Shown here: piece after piece, positions 19,456-28,814 of the stretch | Layout: each line of letters opens with the position of its first letter | Numbering within the stretch: the stretch's first letter is position 1 | From: Escherichia phage SR04 | Strand: one strand, 5' to 3' | Length of the DNA stretch: 40,594 nt | Sequence record: OQ870567.1 | Program-made: the position numbers and the translations under genes | The notes under the pieces: generated by a model | Told to the model about the DNA's origin: nothing | The model's input: only the letters and a program-made list of their open reading frames with translations | Databases searched by the model: none

Positions 19456-19894
19456 CGTCCAGACCTCCTGTAGCCATAGCGACTGCATATGGCATCAAGG
19501 GAACTTTAGGCTCCTCAATACGTTCCAGAGTCACCTCAGGCTTCAGCCATTTGTTGGCGAACTCATGTGCCATGTCGTTGTCCTCTGAGTTGAGGTGGGA
19601 CATCAGGTTCCAGAAGTTTGAAGACATCTCAGTCTCCTTCTCAACCCGGCGATATACTCCCCAGTCATTTACCTCTGAACCGTAGCTGTCATTCCACATA
19701 CCACTGGCTACGATGGTCAGCCCGATGAACTGACGCCACTCATAGGCCTCAGCGGGAGACTCGGTATATGAATCAACGTCCTTCTCTGTCAAGGTGTATG
19801 ACCAAGATGCGTAGAACTCAGCGTACTTGCGGTGCTCCTTCTCACACTCACCTATGTCAAGGACCAGCTCTTTCAGACTTTCAGGTATCTTCAT
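19445..19894 (-). CDS. Hypothetical acidic protein (149 aa) at the gp5.9 position
   Basis: Long ORF between gp5.7 and exonuclease; no recognisable motif. Confidence 0.5.
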   Translation of the reverse strand: MKIPESLKELVLDIGECEKEHRKYAEFYASWSYTLTEKDVDSYTESPAEAYEWRQFIGLTIVASGMWNDSYGSEVNDWGVYRRVEKETEMSSNFWNLMSHLNSEDNDMAHEFANKWLKPEVTLERIEEPKVPLMPYAVAMATGGLDDGC

Positions 19895-20100
19895 AGACAG
19901 CCTCCGTGTTGGTTCAGGAACTTGGTGCCTTCAGCGGTAATCTCCCACGCACCGTTGTTACGCCCATCCATAGACAGGCAGCTTAGATGTCCACGACTCG
20001 CAGCCTCAGCCACAAGTGCAGCGTTGTTGCGCACATAGTTGGACTGGAAGGTCTTCGGACAGGACTTAAGGGCCGCTAGGACCCGTAAGTATTCACTCAT
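19891..20100 (-). CDS. gp5.7-like protein (69 aa)
   Basis: LKSCPKTFQSNYVRNNA.LVAEAASRGH.SCLS...GAWEITA.GT.FL is near-identical to T7 gp5.7. Confidence 0.85.
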   Translation of the reverse strand: MSEYLRVLAALKSCPKTFQSNYVRNNAALVAEAASRGHLSCLSMDGRNNGAWEITAEGTKFLNQHGGCL

Positions 20101-20381
20101 TGCTTGACCTCGAATCGCAGGTTGGACACACCGGACTGACCCTCACCAAAGGCGTCTACCAGCTCCTCCTTGATGATCTTCTTGGTGACAATTTCAATGG
20201 CAGACTCAGGGCCTGACTCTATTGCTGCTTTGACCATAGCCATCTGAAGCCCATCCAGCTTCTCACCATCAGCGTAGGCTTTAGTCATCTCAGCCAGTTG
20301 GCGACACACTGTCTCTTCTCTCTTTGAGCTAACAACCATCTTCAGGTCAAAACTCACACGAATACGTTTAGTAATAGCCAT
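20097..20381 (-). CDS. gp5.5-like protein (94 aa), positional
   Basis: Synteny; overlapping start and stop codons with neighbours. Confidence 0.5.
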   Translation of the reverse strand: MAITKRIRVSFDLKMVVSSKREETVCRQLAEMTKAYADGEKLDGLQMAMVKAAIESGPESAIEIVTKKIIKEELVDAFGEGQSGVSNLRFEVKQ

Positions 20382-20539
20382 TAGTCTTCTCCTTCTTCGT
20401 TATGTTCTTTCAGAATTTCACGAATGTCTCGACTGCACTGTCCACTGAGGTTTGGACTATAACGAGACTCCTCGTGTCCACACCACCAAGCTGACCGCAT
20501 CAGGTCTTTGACCTCCTGCTCACTATAAGTTTTAGCCAT
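20381..20539 (-). CDS. Small ORF (52 aa, MAKTYSEQEVKDLMRSAWWCGHEESRYSPNLSGQCSRDIREILKEHNEEGED), gp5.3 position
   Basis: Hand translation; TAATG overlaps with the DNA polymerase stop and the next gene start. Confidence 0.45.
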   Translation of the reverse strand: MAKTYSEQEVKDLMRSAWWCGHEESRYSPNLSGQCSRDIREILKEHNEEGED

Positions 20540-22710
20540 TAGTGACACTCCTTCCACGTTGGTCCAATCTTACCTTCGGTATCAAGGACACATTTAAAGT
20601 TATAGAACTCACCCACCTTACGCATAGCAAGTTGAGCAATCTTGACTACTTCTTCGGCAATCTCCTGAGTACGGCACGCAATCTGCAATTCGTCGTGAAC
20701 CCATGCCATGTACGCAAAGTCTCCTTCCCAGCCGTGAACATACCCTGCCTCTTCAAGCATACGTTCAGTCTCGACAATCCAGTGCTTACAGACAACCGCA
20801 CCATCGCCTTGAAGTAATGCGTTTAGTGCTGAGTGTGGAGACCGGATGTGGATACGGCGACCGTCAAGTCCACGCAGCCAACGGCGTTTCCACTTCACGA
20901 TGTTCTCTCCATCCACCCACTTAGAGTCTGAGATTAACGTACTACTCACAGCTTCCCTGAGGTCTTTGATGGCTGGTGTACCCTCAATGAATTTCTTCAT
21001 GAGAGCTGAACCTTCCTTCTTCCCACCGCCTACTATAAGTCCAATCTTAGCGGCCCCTGCACCATACAGGAACGCATAGATGAACCTCTTAGCGTTGTTA
21101 CGGAAAGCATCATGGTCATGGTTCGACTTATCGCGTGGGACGTTAGGTGCTAACCCAGCGTTTACTGCGTTGGCCCAGTGTATGTCCCCTTCGACCACAG
21201 TCTTCGCATAGTCTCCACCATCAAACGGAGCCGCTCGGTTCCCCAGACAACGAAGCTCAAGACCTGAAGCATCCACACCTACTTGAATCCAAGGGTCTGG
21301 CTTACCATCCGTCTTGTTCCAAGCTGCACCGAAAGCACCACGGCAAGTCTCACCGTATGGAGCACCATTAGCCGGGACTTGAGCCATGTTTGGTGAACTG
21401 TGAGTCGCACGTCCGGTTACTGCCCCGCATGGGTTTATTGAACCGTGCATACGTCCGTCTGGACCTACAAGTTTCAACCATGCGTTCTTACCTTCAGCCA
21501 CCTGACCGATGCGCTTCTGGACTACCAGATACTCACGGACCAGCTCTACGCAAGCCTGAGCCTCTGCGTCTGGTAACTTAACGTGTTCCAACGTCTCGTC
21601 ATCGACTACAGGTTTCCCAGTGTCAGTGAAGTCCACAGGCTCCCAACCACGCTCCATCAAGACTTTCGCTAAGTGGTCTCCGCTTCCCGGATTAAACTCA
21701 ACGTAAGTGATTGGCGTGAACGGTGCTCCTTCCATCGTGTCTCGTGAGTCGAACTCGCAAGGCTCCATACCTAAGCGTTGAGCTTTGTTCTTCGGCTTCT
21801 TGAATACTGACCCGACCTTAGGATACACGACTCGCGGATACTTCGGAAGGTCCTTGCCTGTCCGTGGGTGCTTGAAGAACTCCTTGCCTCCCTTTGGTGC
21901 GTACCAGCTGCCGAAAGTCGAACGCAGCTTGTCCAGCAGCTCCGCACGTTTGACGGTGAGTTCACGATATAAGCCTTCGACCATCTCGGTGTTCATCGGA
22001 TAGCCGTTACGCTCCATCTTCGCACAGGTCCACGCAGCATCGTGTTCCAGACGCAACGCATAAATCTGTTCGAAAGCGAACTGTTCAGACTGGAAGTAAT
22101 ACTTGTCAGTCAGGAACTTCTTGAACAACGCCAGTGTGACCACAACGTCTTGAACGTTATAGTCTAGCATCTCCTGAGATGGGAACAACCATTCGTCCCC
22201 AGCCTTATATTCGATACCTTCAGCCTTGCACTTGGCAACGTAATCGTGTTTGTACTCACCTTTCATCTCACCGAGACGATAGCCCCAAGCCTCAAGAGAC
22301 TGGCGTCCCATCATCTTAGGTGGCAGACGACCAGCTTTCACTGCGCCCATGTCTGAGAACTTAATGTTTGGATACATCAAGCGTCCCAGTACCAAGGTAT
22401 CAATCATCTTATGTTTCGGGAAGTTAAAGCGTTTCCCAAAGTACAAACGCTTCAGCTTGTCTATAGCCGGGACGTCATAGTTGATACCGTTGTGGAATAC
22501 CAGCATACCATCAGGTGATGCGGCAATCTCTTCCACTTTATGAACATACTCTTTGAAGCCACCGACGATACCGACCATCGGAGCTACCCCGTACTTAAGG
22601 GTCTCATTCGACTCGGCGTTAATCAGGACCCCACAGTGGAACTGGGAGACTGTATCAAGGAGACCGTTGGTCTCGATGTCAGAACCCCAGATACTCTTAA
22701 GGTCAAACAT
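20539..22710 (-). CDS. DNA polymerase (gp5-like); start at the third Met of the track ORF (MFDLKS, 723 aa)
   Basis: DIETNGLL, KFHCGV, VFHNG..YDVPA, YNVQDVVVT, GAVTGRATH, DASGLELR, AYMAWVHDE match T7 gp5. GGAGG lies 7 nt before the 22710 ATG. Confidence 0.9.
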   Translation of the reverse strand: MFDLKSIWGSDIETNGLLDTVSQFHCGVLINAESNETLKYGVAPMVGIVGGFKEYVHKVEEIAASPDGMLVFHNGINYDVPAIDKLKRLYFGKRFNFPKHKMIDTLVLGRLMYPNIKFSDMGAVKAGRLPPKMMGRQSLEAWGYRLGEMKGEYKHDYVAKCKAEGIEYKAGDEWLFPSQEMLDYNVQDVVVTLALFKKFLTDKYYFQSEQFAFEQIYALRLEHDAAWTCAKMERNGYPMNTEMVEGLYRELTVKRAELLDKLRSTFGSWYAPKGGKEFFKHPRTGKDLPKYPRVVYPKVGSVFKKPKNKAQRLGMEPCEFDSRDTMEGAPFTPITYVEFNPGSGDHLAKVLMERGWEPVDFTDTGKPVVDDETLEHVKLPDAEAQACVELVREYLVVQKRIGQVAEGKNAWLKLVGPDGRMHGSINPCGAVTGRATHSSPNMAQVPANGAPYGETCRGAFGAAWNKTDGKPDPWIQVGVDASGLELRCLGNRAAPFDGGDYAKTVVEGDIHWANAVNAGLAPNVPRDKSNHDHDAFRNNAKRFIYAFLYGAGAAKIGLIVGGGKKEGSALMKKFIEGTPAIKDLREAVSSTLISDSKWVDGENIVKWKRRWLRGLDGRRIHIRSPHSALNALLQGDGAVVCKHWIVETERMLEEAGYVHGWEGDFAYMAWVHDELQIACRTQEIAEEVVKIAQLAMRKVGEFYNFKCVLDTEGKIGPTWKECH

Positions 22711-22730
22711 GGTTAATCCTCCGTTTAGTC

Positions 22731-22770
22731 TAATCATAAAGGCCACTCGATGTGAATGACCTTGAGTCTA
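22731..22770 (-). promoter_or_regulatory. RNase III-type processing hairpin upstream of gene 5
   Basis: Minus strand AAGGUCAUUC-ACAUC-GAGUGGCCUU, a 10-bp stem with G-U pairs; same motif as at 30281 and 39451 and like the T7 R1.1 upper stem. Confidence 0.45.
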
Positions 22771-22773
22771 TAC

Positions 22774-22938
22774 CTAGAAGTCTGTACGCAAGAAGTGATA
22801 CATAAACTTCCGGTTAGCTTTCTTCCATGCCTTAGAGTCGAACCTCTGGTCTCCCAGAATGTTTGACAGGAAGGTTGCTTCGTCACTCCACCATTTGTAC
22901 ATGAACCGATGGTAGCGAGCTTTAAGTTTCTTTAACAC
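22774..22938 (-). CDS. Hypothetical protein between gene 4 and gene 5 (gp4.x position); probable GTG start at 22938 (54 aa)
   Basis: Track ORF 22774-22974 also begins at GTG but has no RBS; GGAGG lies 9 nt before the internal GTG. Confidence 0.35.
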   Translation of the reverse strand: MLKKLKARYHRFMYKWWSDEATFLSNILGDQRFDSKAWKKANRKFMYHFLRTDF

Positions 22939-22989
22939 TAATGATGTCCTCCGTATGGTGACTTCCAGTCGCACTCAGGGCATTGACAT

Positions 22990-24693
<1,704 letters not shown>

Positions 24694-24700
24694 TCACTCC

Positions 24701-24880
24701 TTAAATACACTCATACCCTGCTGCAACGTTTGAGACATCACCAAACTTGTCGGCCCACTTTGAGCCGGACTGGTCACATATTGTGAATGCGTCCTGTAAT
24801 GTTGGTGCTGTTATAGGTACTTGGCTGATAGTTTGCCCACTACCACTGATCAGCGTTAGAACTAGAATAACTGTAACCAT
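24701..24880 (-). CDS. Small protein with signal-peptide-like N-terminus (59 aa, MVTVILVLTLISGSGQ...), just upstream of gene 4
   Basis: Hand translation; preceded by TTAAGGAGTGACCA, the same 14 nt that precede the gene 4 ATG. Confidence 0.5.
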   Translation of the reverse strand: MVTVILVLTLISGSGQTISQVPITAPTLQDAFTICDQSGSKWADKFGDVSNVAAGYECI

Positions 24881-24930
24881 TGGTCACTCCTTAATCACGA
24901 ATGCGAACAAAGGGACAGGACTCATGGTCC

Positions 24931-24953
24931 CATCCCTAAGGTGATAGTTTAGG
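24931..24953 (-). promoter_or_regulatory. Variant phage RNAP promoter (CACCTTAGGG in place of CACTATAGGG)
   Basis: Minus strand CTAAACTATCACCTTAGGGATG; the -17 to -5 region matches the other promoters but -4 and -3 differ. Confidence 0.5.
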
Positions 24954-25164
24954 CTTTGAAGAACTGAGCCAACTGGTCAGCTTTGGTGTCAGCTTGACGT
25001 GCATTCATGCCAGCTTCCAGTGACGCGATGGTCAGCTTGTCAGCCAGAGCAGCAGCATCAGCCGCGCCGGTCGCAGTCTTCTTTTCTACCTTTCGTTCCA
25101 GTACCGCAGCACGACGATAACCACGCACCACCAGACGACCAAGAAATTCGATAAGTTTAATCAT
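24949..25164 (-). CDS. Hypothetical protein (71 aa), gp3.8 position
   Basis: ATG start with RBS; between the amidase gene and the variant promoter. Confidence 0.45.
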   Translation of the reverse strand: MIKLIEFLGRLVVRGYRRAAVLERKVEKKTATGAADAAALADKLTIASLEAGMNARQADTKADQLAQFFKA

Positions 25165-25188
25165 TTGGTTGTTCTCCCTTAGAGTTTA

Positions 25189-25650
25189 TTAACCACGGTC
25201 GGAAGTGACCAGTTCATTGGTAGACAGCCAGCGTTGCAAGTCAAAACTTGGACACGCCTTAGGTGCTACGTCATGGTGTGCTTTGATTTCTGCCTGAGGA
25301 TACAGGACCTTCAGGTCAGCCAGCTTGTTTCGCAGGGAGTTCATCTGGGCTGGAGTGAAGTTAGCTTCAAACTGACCCTTAGCGTCAATTCCCCCTACAA
25401 GGCAGACGCCTACGGACCGGGAGTTCCAATCCTTAACGTGTGACCCTACGACATTTACCGGGCGACCCTCTTCCACAGTACCATCACGCTTGATGATAAA
25501 GTGGTAGCCTACATCCAGCCAACCTTGCTGCTTGTGCCACATACGGATGGTCTCTACCCCGATGTCCATCTCTGGCTTGGTAGCCGAACAGTGGACGAAG
25601 ATAGCGTCAGTCCGGGACCGTGGGTTGAATTGCACCTTACTCACCATCAT
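25189..25650 (-). CDS. N-acetylmuramoyl-L-alanine amidase / T7 lysozyme (gp3.5-like, 153 aa)
   Basis: TDAIFVHCSATKP, WLDVGYHFIIKRDGTVE.GR, GVCLVGGID.KG.F.ANFTPAQM, AHH.VAPKACPSFDL.RW...NELVTSDRG are near-identical to T7 gp3.5. Confidence 0.95.
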   Translation of the reverse strand: MMVSKVQFNPRSRTDAIFVHCSATKPEMDIGVETIRMWHKQQGWLDVGYHFIIKRDGTVEEGRPVNVVGSHVKDWNSRSVGVCLVGGIDAKGQFEANFTPAQMNSLRNKLADLKVLYPQAEIKAHHDVAPKACPSFDLQRWLSTNELVTSDRG

Positions 25651-25861
25651 ACACCACCAGCTCTACAGCTACTAGGTTCAGATGACGTTGGAAGCGGTTA
25701 GCATCCGTGGTGTGCATCTGGAGCAACTTATGGTTGAAGACGTGAGAGTTACTAATCTTCACGTACACTTCACCCGGCTTACCGTGGACGATAAACGCAT
25801 AGCCTACCGGGATTTTATCAATGGTCAGACGCTGACGAACGACCTTAACTTCTTGGGTCAT
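25637..25861 (-). CDS. Hypothetical protein (about 74 aa) between endonuclease I and amidase; no T7 counterpart at this position
   Basis: The track ORF begins at GTG 25864; an ATG at 25861 has AAGGAG 7 nt upstream. Overlaps both neighbours. Confidence 0.45.
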   Translation of the reverse strand: MTQEVKVVRQRLTIDKIPVGYAFIVHGKPGEVYVKISNSHVFNHKLLQMHTTDANRFQRHLNLVAVELVVYDGE

Positions 25862-26315
25862 CACTTAACTCCTTTCTTTTTTTTGGAATGAGTACACCTG
25901 AAGGCAGACGTACAGTCGTCTCTCGCAGCCACTCAACCGGGATGAACTTATCGGCATACTTAAAGCCGTTCTTTTCGCACCATGCGCCATACGTGGTCGG
26001 AGACCCTTTGTATAACTTGGAGCGGGAACTTGAGAACACGAACCGGATGTCTAACTCTGGGTGCTGTTCTCGTACCAGAAGGTGCTTCTTACGGTCATCA
26101 CTATCGAAGATACCTTTGGTCTCCACGATGATACCGTTAGGAAGAATAAAATCTGGTGTGTACTTGTGGTCGGAAGCCGGAATCACATAGTTGATATAAT
26201 GGCTTTCGTACTCCGCTTTGACGCCGTTCTGTTCCAGCCACTGCTGGTTCTTGGCTTCAAGTCCAGAGCGGTAGGCACCCACAGAGTGCCCCCGTTTTGC
26301 AGACCATTGGGCCAT
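25845..26315 (-). CDS. Endonuclease I (gp3-like, Holliday junction resolvase, 156 aa)
   Basis: AFRSGLE, YVIPAS.H.YTPDF.LPNGI.VETKG...SDDRKKHLL.REQHPELDIR.VFSSSR.KLYKGSPT.YG is near-identical to T7 gp3. Confidence 0.95.
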   Translation of the reverse strand: MAQWSAKRGHSVGAYRSGLEAKNQQWLEQNGVKAEYESHYINYVIPASDHKYTPDFILPNGIIVETKGIFDSDDRKKHLLVREQHPELDIRFVFSSSRSKLYKGSPTTYGAWCEKNGFKYADKFIPVEWLRETTVRLPSGVLIPKKRKELSDDPRS

Positions 26316-27028
26316 TAGAAGTCGTAATCGCCACCAGAGTTGGACTCGGAACCACCTTCGGAACCATCGTCACCGAAGTCATCGTCACCGAAGTCATCGT
26401 CACCGAAGTCACCATCGGTTGACGCTTTGTATCCAGTACCGAGGTCTTCATCATCACCCCAGCCACCATCGCCACCAGCACCATCACCTTTCCACTCCTT
26501 CAGTTCTACCAGAAGGCAGGACTCAAGCTGGAGCTTAACGCTTGCACCAGTCGCAGCGTTCCACTTGAACGGCAGGACTTTAAACTTGACCTTCAGCTTT
26601 GAGCCAGCACCAATATTCGGGACGTCACGGATTAACTTAGCATCGGTGTCGTAGAACCGTAATACGATAGGCTCTGACTTGCCATCTTTAAGGTAAGACG
26701 CAAAGCATTTAAACTTCAGGGTAACAGTACCATCACCATTCTCAATCCACGGCATATCACCTTCACGCGGCTCGATAGGCTTCTTGCCACGCTGAACCTG
26801 AGGTGGGTTCTTCTCGTGGTCTGCGAGTGCTTTTGCATACGCATCGTCGTGAATCTTCTGTAAGACATCAATCATCTTACGGACCTTCGGGTTGCTCAGG
26901 TCGAATGTCAGGTTAACCTTATGCTCACCACGCTCGTTAAACTTGGTGTCTGCTTTGTTCAGCCATGCGTAAGGCTCAACGATACCAGATACCGGAGTGG
27001 TGAAAGTCTTCAGTTGCTCTTTAGCCAT
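26315..27028 (-). CDS. Single-stranded DNA-binding protein (gp2.5-like, 237 aa)
   Basis: AEPYA, GDMP...NGDGT, GASVKLQLES, and an acidic C-terminal tail ending DF, as in T7 gp2.5. Confidence 0.9.
   Translation of the reverse strand: MAKEQLKTFTTPVSGIVEPYAWLNKADTKFNERGEHKVNLTFDLSNPKVRKMIDVLQKIHDDAYAKALADHEKNPPQVQRGKKPIEPREGDMPWIENGDGTVTLKFKCFASYLKDGKSEPIVLRFYDTDAKLIRDVPNIGAGSKLKVKFKVLPFKWNAATGASVKLQLESCLLVELKEWKGDGAGGDGGWGDDEDLGTGYKASTDGDFGDDDFGDDDFGDDGSEGGSESNSGGDYDF
26364..26408. repeat. Perfect 3 x 15-bp tandem repeat (CATCGTCACCGAAGT) inside the SSB acidic tail
   Basis: Read directly from the sequence; encodes the repeated FGDDD units in the gp2.5 C-terminus. Confidence 0.85.
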
Positions 27029-27067
27029 TGGTGTAAATCTCCTAATTTAAAGTTACTAACTGGACGT

Positions 27068-27090
27068 CTGTCCTACAGTGATAGTTTAGG
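27068..27090 (-). promoter_or_regulatory. Phage RNAP promoter (phi2.5-like; CACTGTAGG variant)
   Basis: Minus strand CCTAAACTATCACTGTAGGACAG upstream of the SSB gene. Confidence 0.6.
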
Positions 27091-27244
27091 TCTCAGGACG
27101 AATCCGTCCGACCACAAAACCAGCGTCCTCATACTCTTGGGACTTCAGGGTAGCCTCTTCAAGAGACTTTGCGTACACCGGAACCTCGAATGACTGAACG
27201 CGACCCTCAAGCTCCACGATGTATTTCTTTTCTACGTCAGTCAT
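27086..27244 (-). CDS. Host RNA polymerase inhibitor (gp2-like); probable start at MTDVEKK (52 aa)
   Basis: [11 protein letters not shown] and AGF.V.R.RP align with T7 gp2. AAGGAG lies 8 nt before the 27244 ATG; the track start at 27322 is a GTG without RBS. Confidence 0.7.
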   Translation of the reverse strand: MTDVEKKYIVELEGRVQSFEVPVYAKSLEEATLKSQEYEDAGFVVGRIRPET

Positions 27245-27331
27245 AGACCACGCTCCTTCCATTGGTTGTATAACGTAATGTAGTCCGGGTTGAGAGTCTT
27301 CTCGTACATCTCCCGGCACCACTCACTCGGT

Positions 27332-27559
27332 TTAAGCATATCGGTTCACCATTACACAGTCGTCAGAATGGTCATACTCCTCCACCCTAATAATAATACT
27401 AGGAGTCTTCATATAAGCAAACGGTAGGAGGTCATAGTCACAATACTCACTGTGTCCTAATGAGAACGCTAACATACCCTTACGTAGCGCCTTGTATGCT
27501 CGGTAAAAACTGAGCGCTCTACGCTTCACCTCTACAGCTTTAAGTCCTTCATACGTCAT
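27332..27559 (-). CDS. Hypothetical protein (75 aa), gp1.8 position
   Basis: Synteny only. Confidence 0.4.
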   Translation of the reverse strand: MTYEGLKAVEVKRRALSFYRAYKALRKGMLAFSLGHSEYCDYDLLPFAYMKTPSIIIRVEEYDHSDDCVMVNRYA

Positions 27560-27989
27560 AACACTTACCTTTATGCAGGTCGAACAGCTCCTGGTAGAAG
27601 GCTGCTTTGTTTAGGTCCTTCTCCATAGTAGCCAGCTCGGACTTCTTACCAGCTCGGAGTCGATACTTCAGGACGTTACCCATGCAGAACCCACGGAACT
27701 CGCTGACAGTCATTGACCGAGCGATAATCTCAATGGATTCCACACCGTCAAAGACCTGATAGTGAGATGGCTTACGGACGCTATCTTCCTGACCTATGGT
27801 TGTCGGCTCGGACTGCGCCTGCTTGGTAATACTTAAGGAGCTAATGGAGTGACTGCGTGGTTCAGATAAACCGGGCCACTTAACAACAGCTACATGCTCA
27901 TTCTTAACCACTATCACCTTGCCACAGGAGCGTCCCGTGTAGGCTTCAACTGGTCCAACATATTCAACTGTATCCCCCACCTTAACCAT
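27549..27989 (-). CDS. gp1.7-like protein (146 aa), possible nucleotide kinase family
   Basis: Position; the HYQ...NVLKY motif is recalled from the T7 gene 1.7 family, but this is uncertain. Confidence 0.4.
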   Translation of the reverse strand: MVKVGDTVEYVGPVEAYTGRSCGKVIVVKNEHVAVVKWPGLSEPRSHSISSLSITKQAQSEPTTIGQEDSVRKPSHYQVFDGVESIEIIARSMTVSEFRGFCMGNVLKYRLRAGKKSELATMEKDLNKAAFYQELFDLHKGKCYDV

Positions 27990-28242
27990 TGATCACCTCC
28001 TTCACGAACTCAACGAACAGACGAACGCGAGGCCACTTAGTGTAGACCACGGGTACGTTGGTCTCACGCTTCTGGCGAGCCTCTTCAGCTTTGCCTGGAG
28101 TAACCAGAGCGAAGACTGTAGGTGACAGCTTAACGGCCTTCCCGAAGTAGCCCAGCTTCTCGTTGCGCTTAATGCAAGCGAACGGGTTGTTGGACAGGTG
28201 GAAGGTATTTGAATAACGGTTGAACATTAAGTTCTTAAACAT
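27982..28242 (-). CDS. Hypothetical protein (86 aa), gp1.6 position
   Basis: First ORF after the TE terminator and the phi1.5/1.6-like promoter; GGAGG RBS. Confidence 0.45.
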   Translation of the reverse strand: MFKNLMFNRYSNTFHLSNNPFACIKRNEKLGYFGKAVKLSPTVFALVTPGKAEEARQKRETNVPVVYTKWPRVRLFVEFVKEVING

Positions 28243-28270
28243 GGTCGGCCTCCTTAGGTCGAAGTTATGG

Positions 28271-28293
28271 TTGTCCTATAGTGATAGCTTAGG
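28271..28293 (-). promoter_or_regulatory. Phage RNAP promoter (phi1.5/1.6-like)
   Basis: Minus strand CCCTAAGCTATCACTATAGGACA. Confidence 0.65.
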
Positions 28294-28310
28294 GTCAGGC
28301 TTGTGGCCCA

Positions 28311-28349
28311 GACGCAAAGAAACCCAGCAGTCCGAAGACCACTGGGTTG
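28311..28349 (-). terminator. TE-like early terminator for host RNAP
   Basis: Minus strand AACCCAGUGGUC-UUCG-GACUGCUGGGUUUCUUUGCG: 10-bp stem, UUCG tetraloop and U-tract, closely like T7 TE. Confidence 0.7.
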
Positions 28350-28352
28350 ACG

Positions 28353-28814
28353 TTATAATGAATCTCTTAAGGCTACTGCCTCGGCTATGGTATCGAACGT
28401 ACCGTATGACTTACGCTTTATCCGCAGTTGCCAGCGACCAGTTGATTTCTGGTATTGAACGTATTTCTCTCCAGATTGGCAGTGACTACGGGTTGGAACG
28501 TTAGTTAGGTTCACCGCCTGAGTCACACACCTGAGGTTCTCAATCCTGTTATCCGAAGGGTCCCGGTTGATATGGTCAATCACCATCCCTTCTGGTATAG
28601 GACCGTTGGTTAGTTCCCAGACTACTCGGTGGGCCAGCAGTTGGCCCTTTGTCGTACTTAGAATCCAGTACCCATCCTTTCGTCTATAACCAAGATGTCT
28701 ACCGTTTAGGTTGGAGACTCCAGAGGGAGCCGCCCTGTCTGCTTTAAATCTTGACCGTAGGGTCGTCCTCAGTTCCACGCCACTGGTCGAACGAGGGATG
28801 CCGTAGTAAGCCAC
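28353..28814 (-). CDS. HNH homing endonuclease 1 (153 aa), inserted between the ligase gene and TE
   Basis: HNH-type motif [34 protein letters not shown]...N; GTG start with GGAGGAG RBS inside the ligase 3' end. Confidence 0.8.
   Translation of the reverse strand: MAYYGIPRSTSGVELRTTLRSRFKADRAAPSGVSNLNGRHLGYRRKDGYWILSTTKGQLLAHRVVWELTNGPIPEGMVIDHINRDPSDNRIENLRCVTQAVNLTNVPTRSHCQSGEKYVQYQKSTGRWQLRIKRKSYGTFDTIAEAVALRDSL

Noticed and set aside
27246-27347. 33-aa ORF overlapping the region upstream of gene 2
   Set aside because: No RBS; overlaps the better-supported gp2 start region in another frame.
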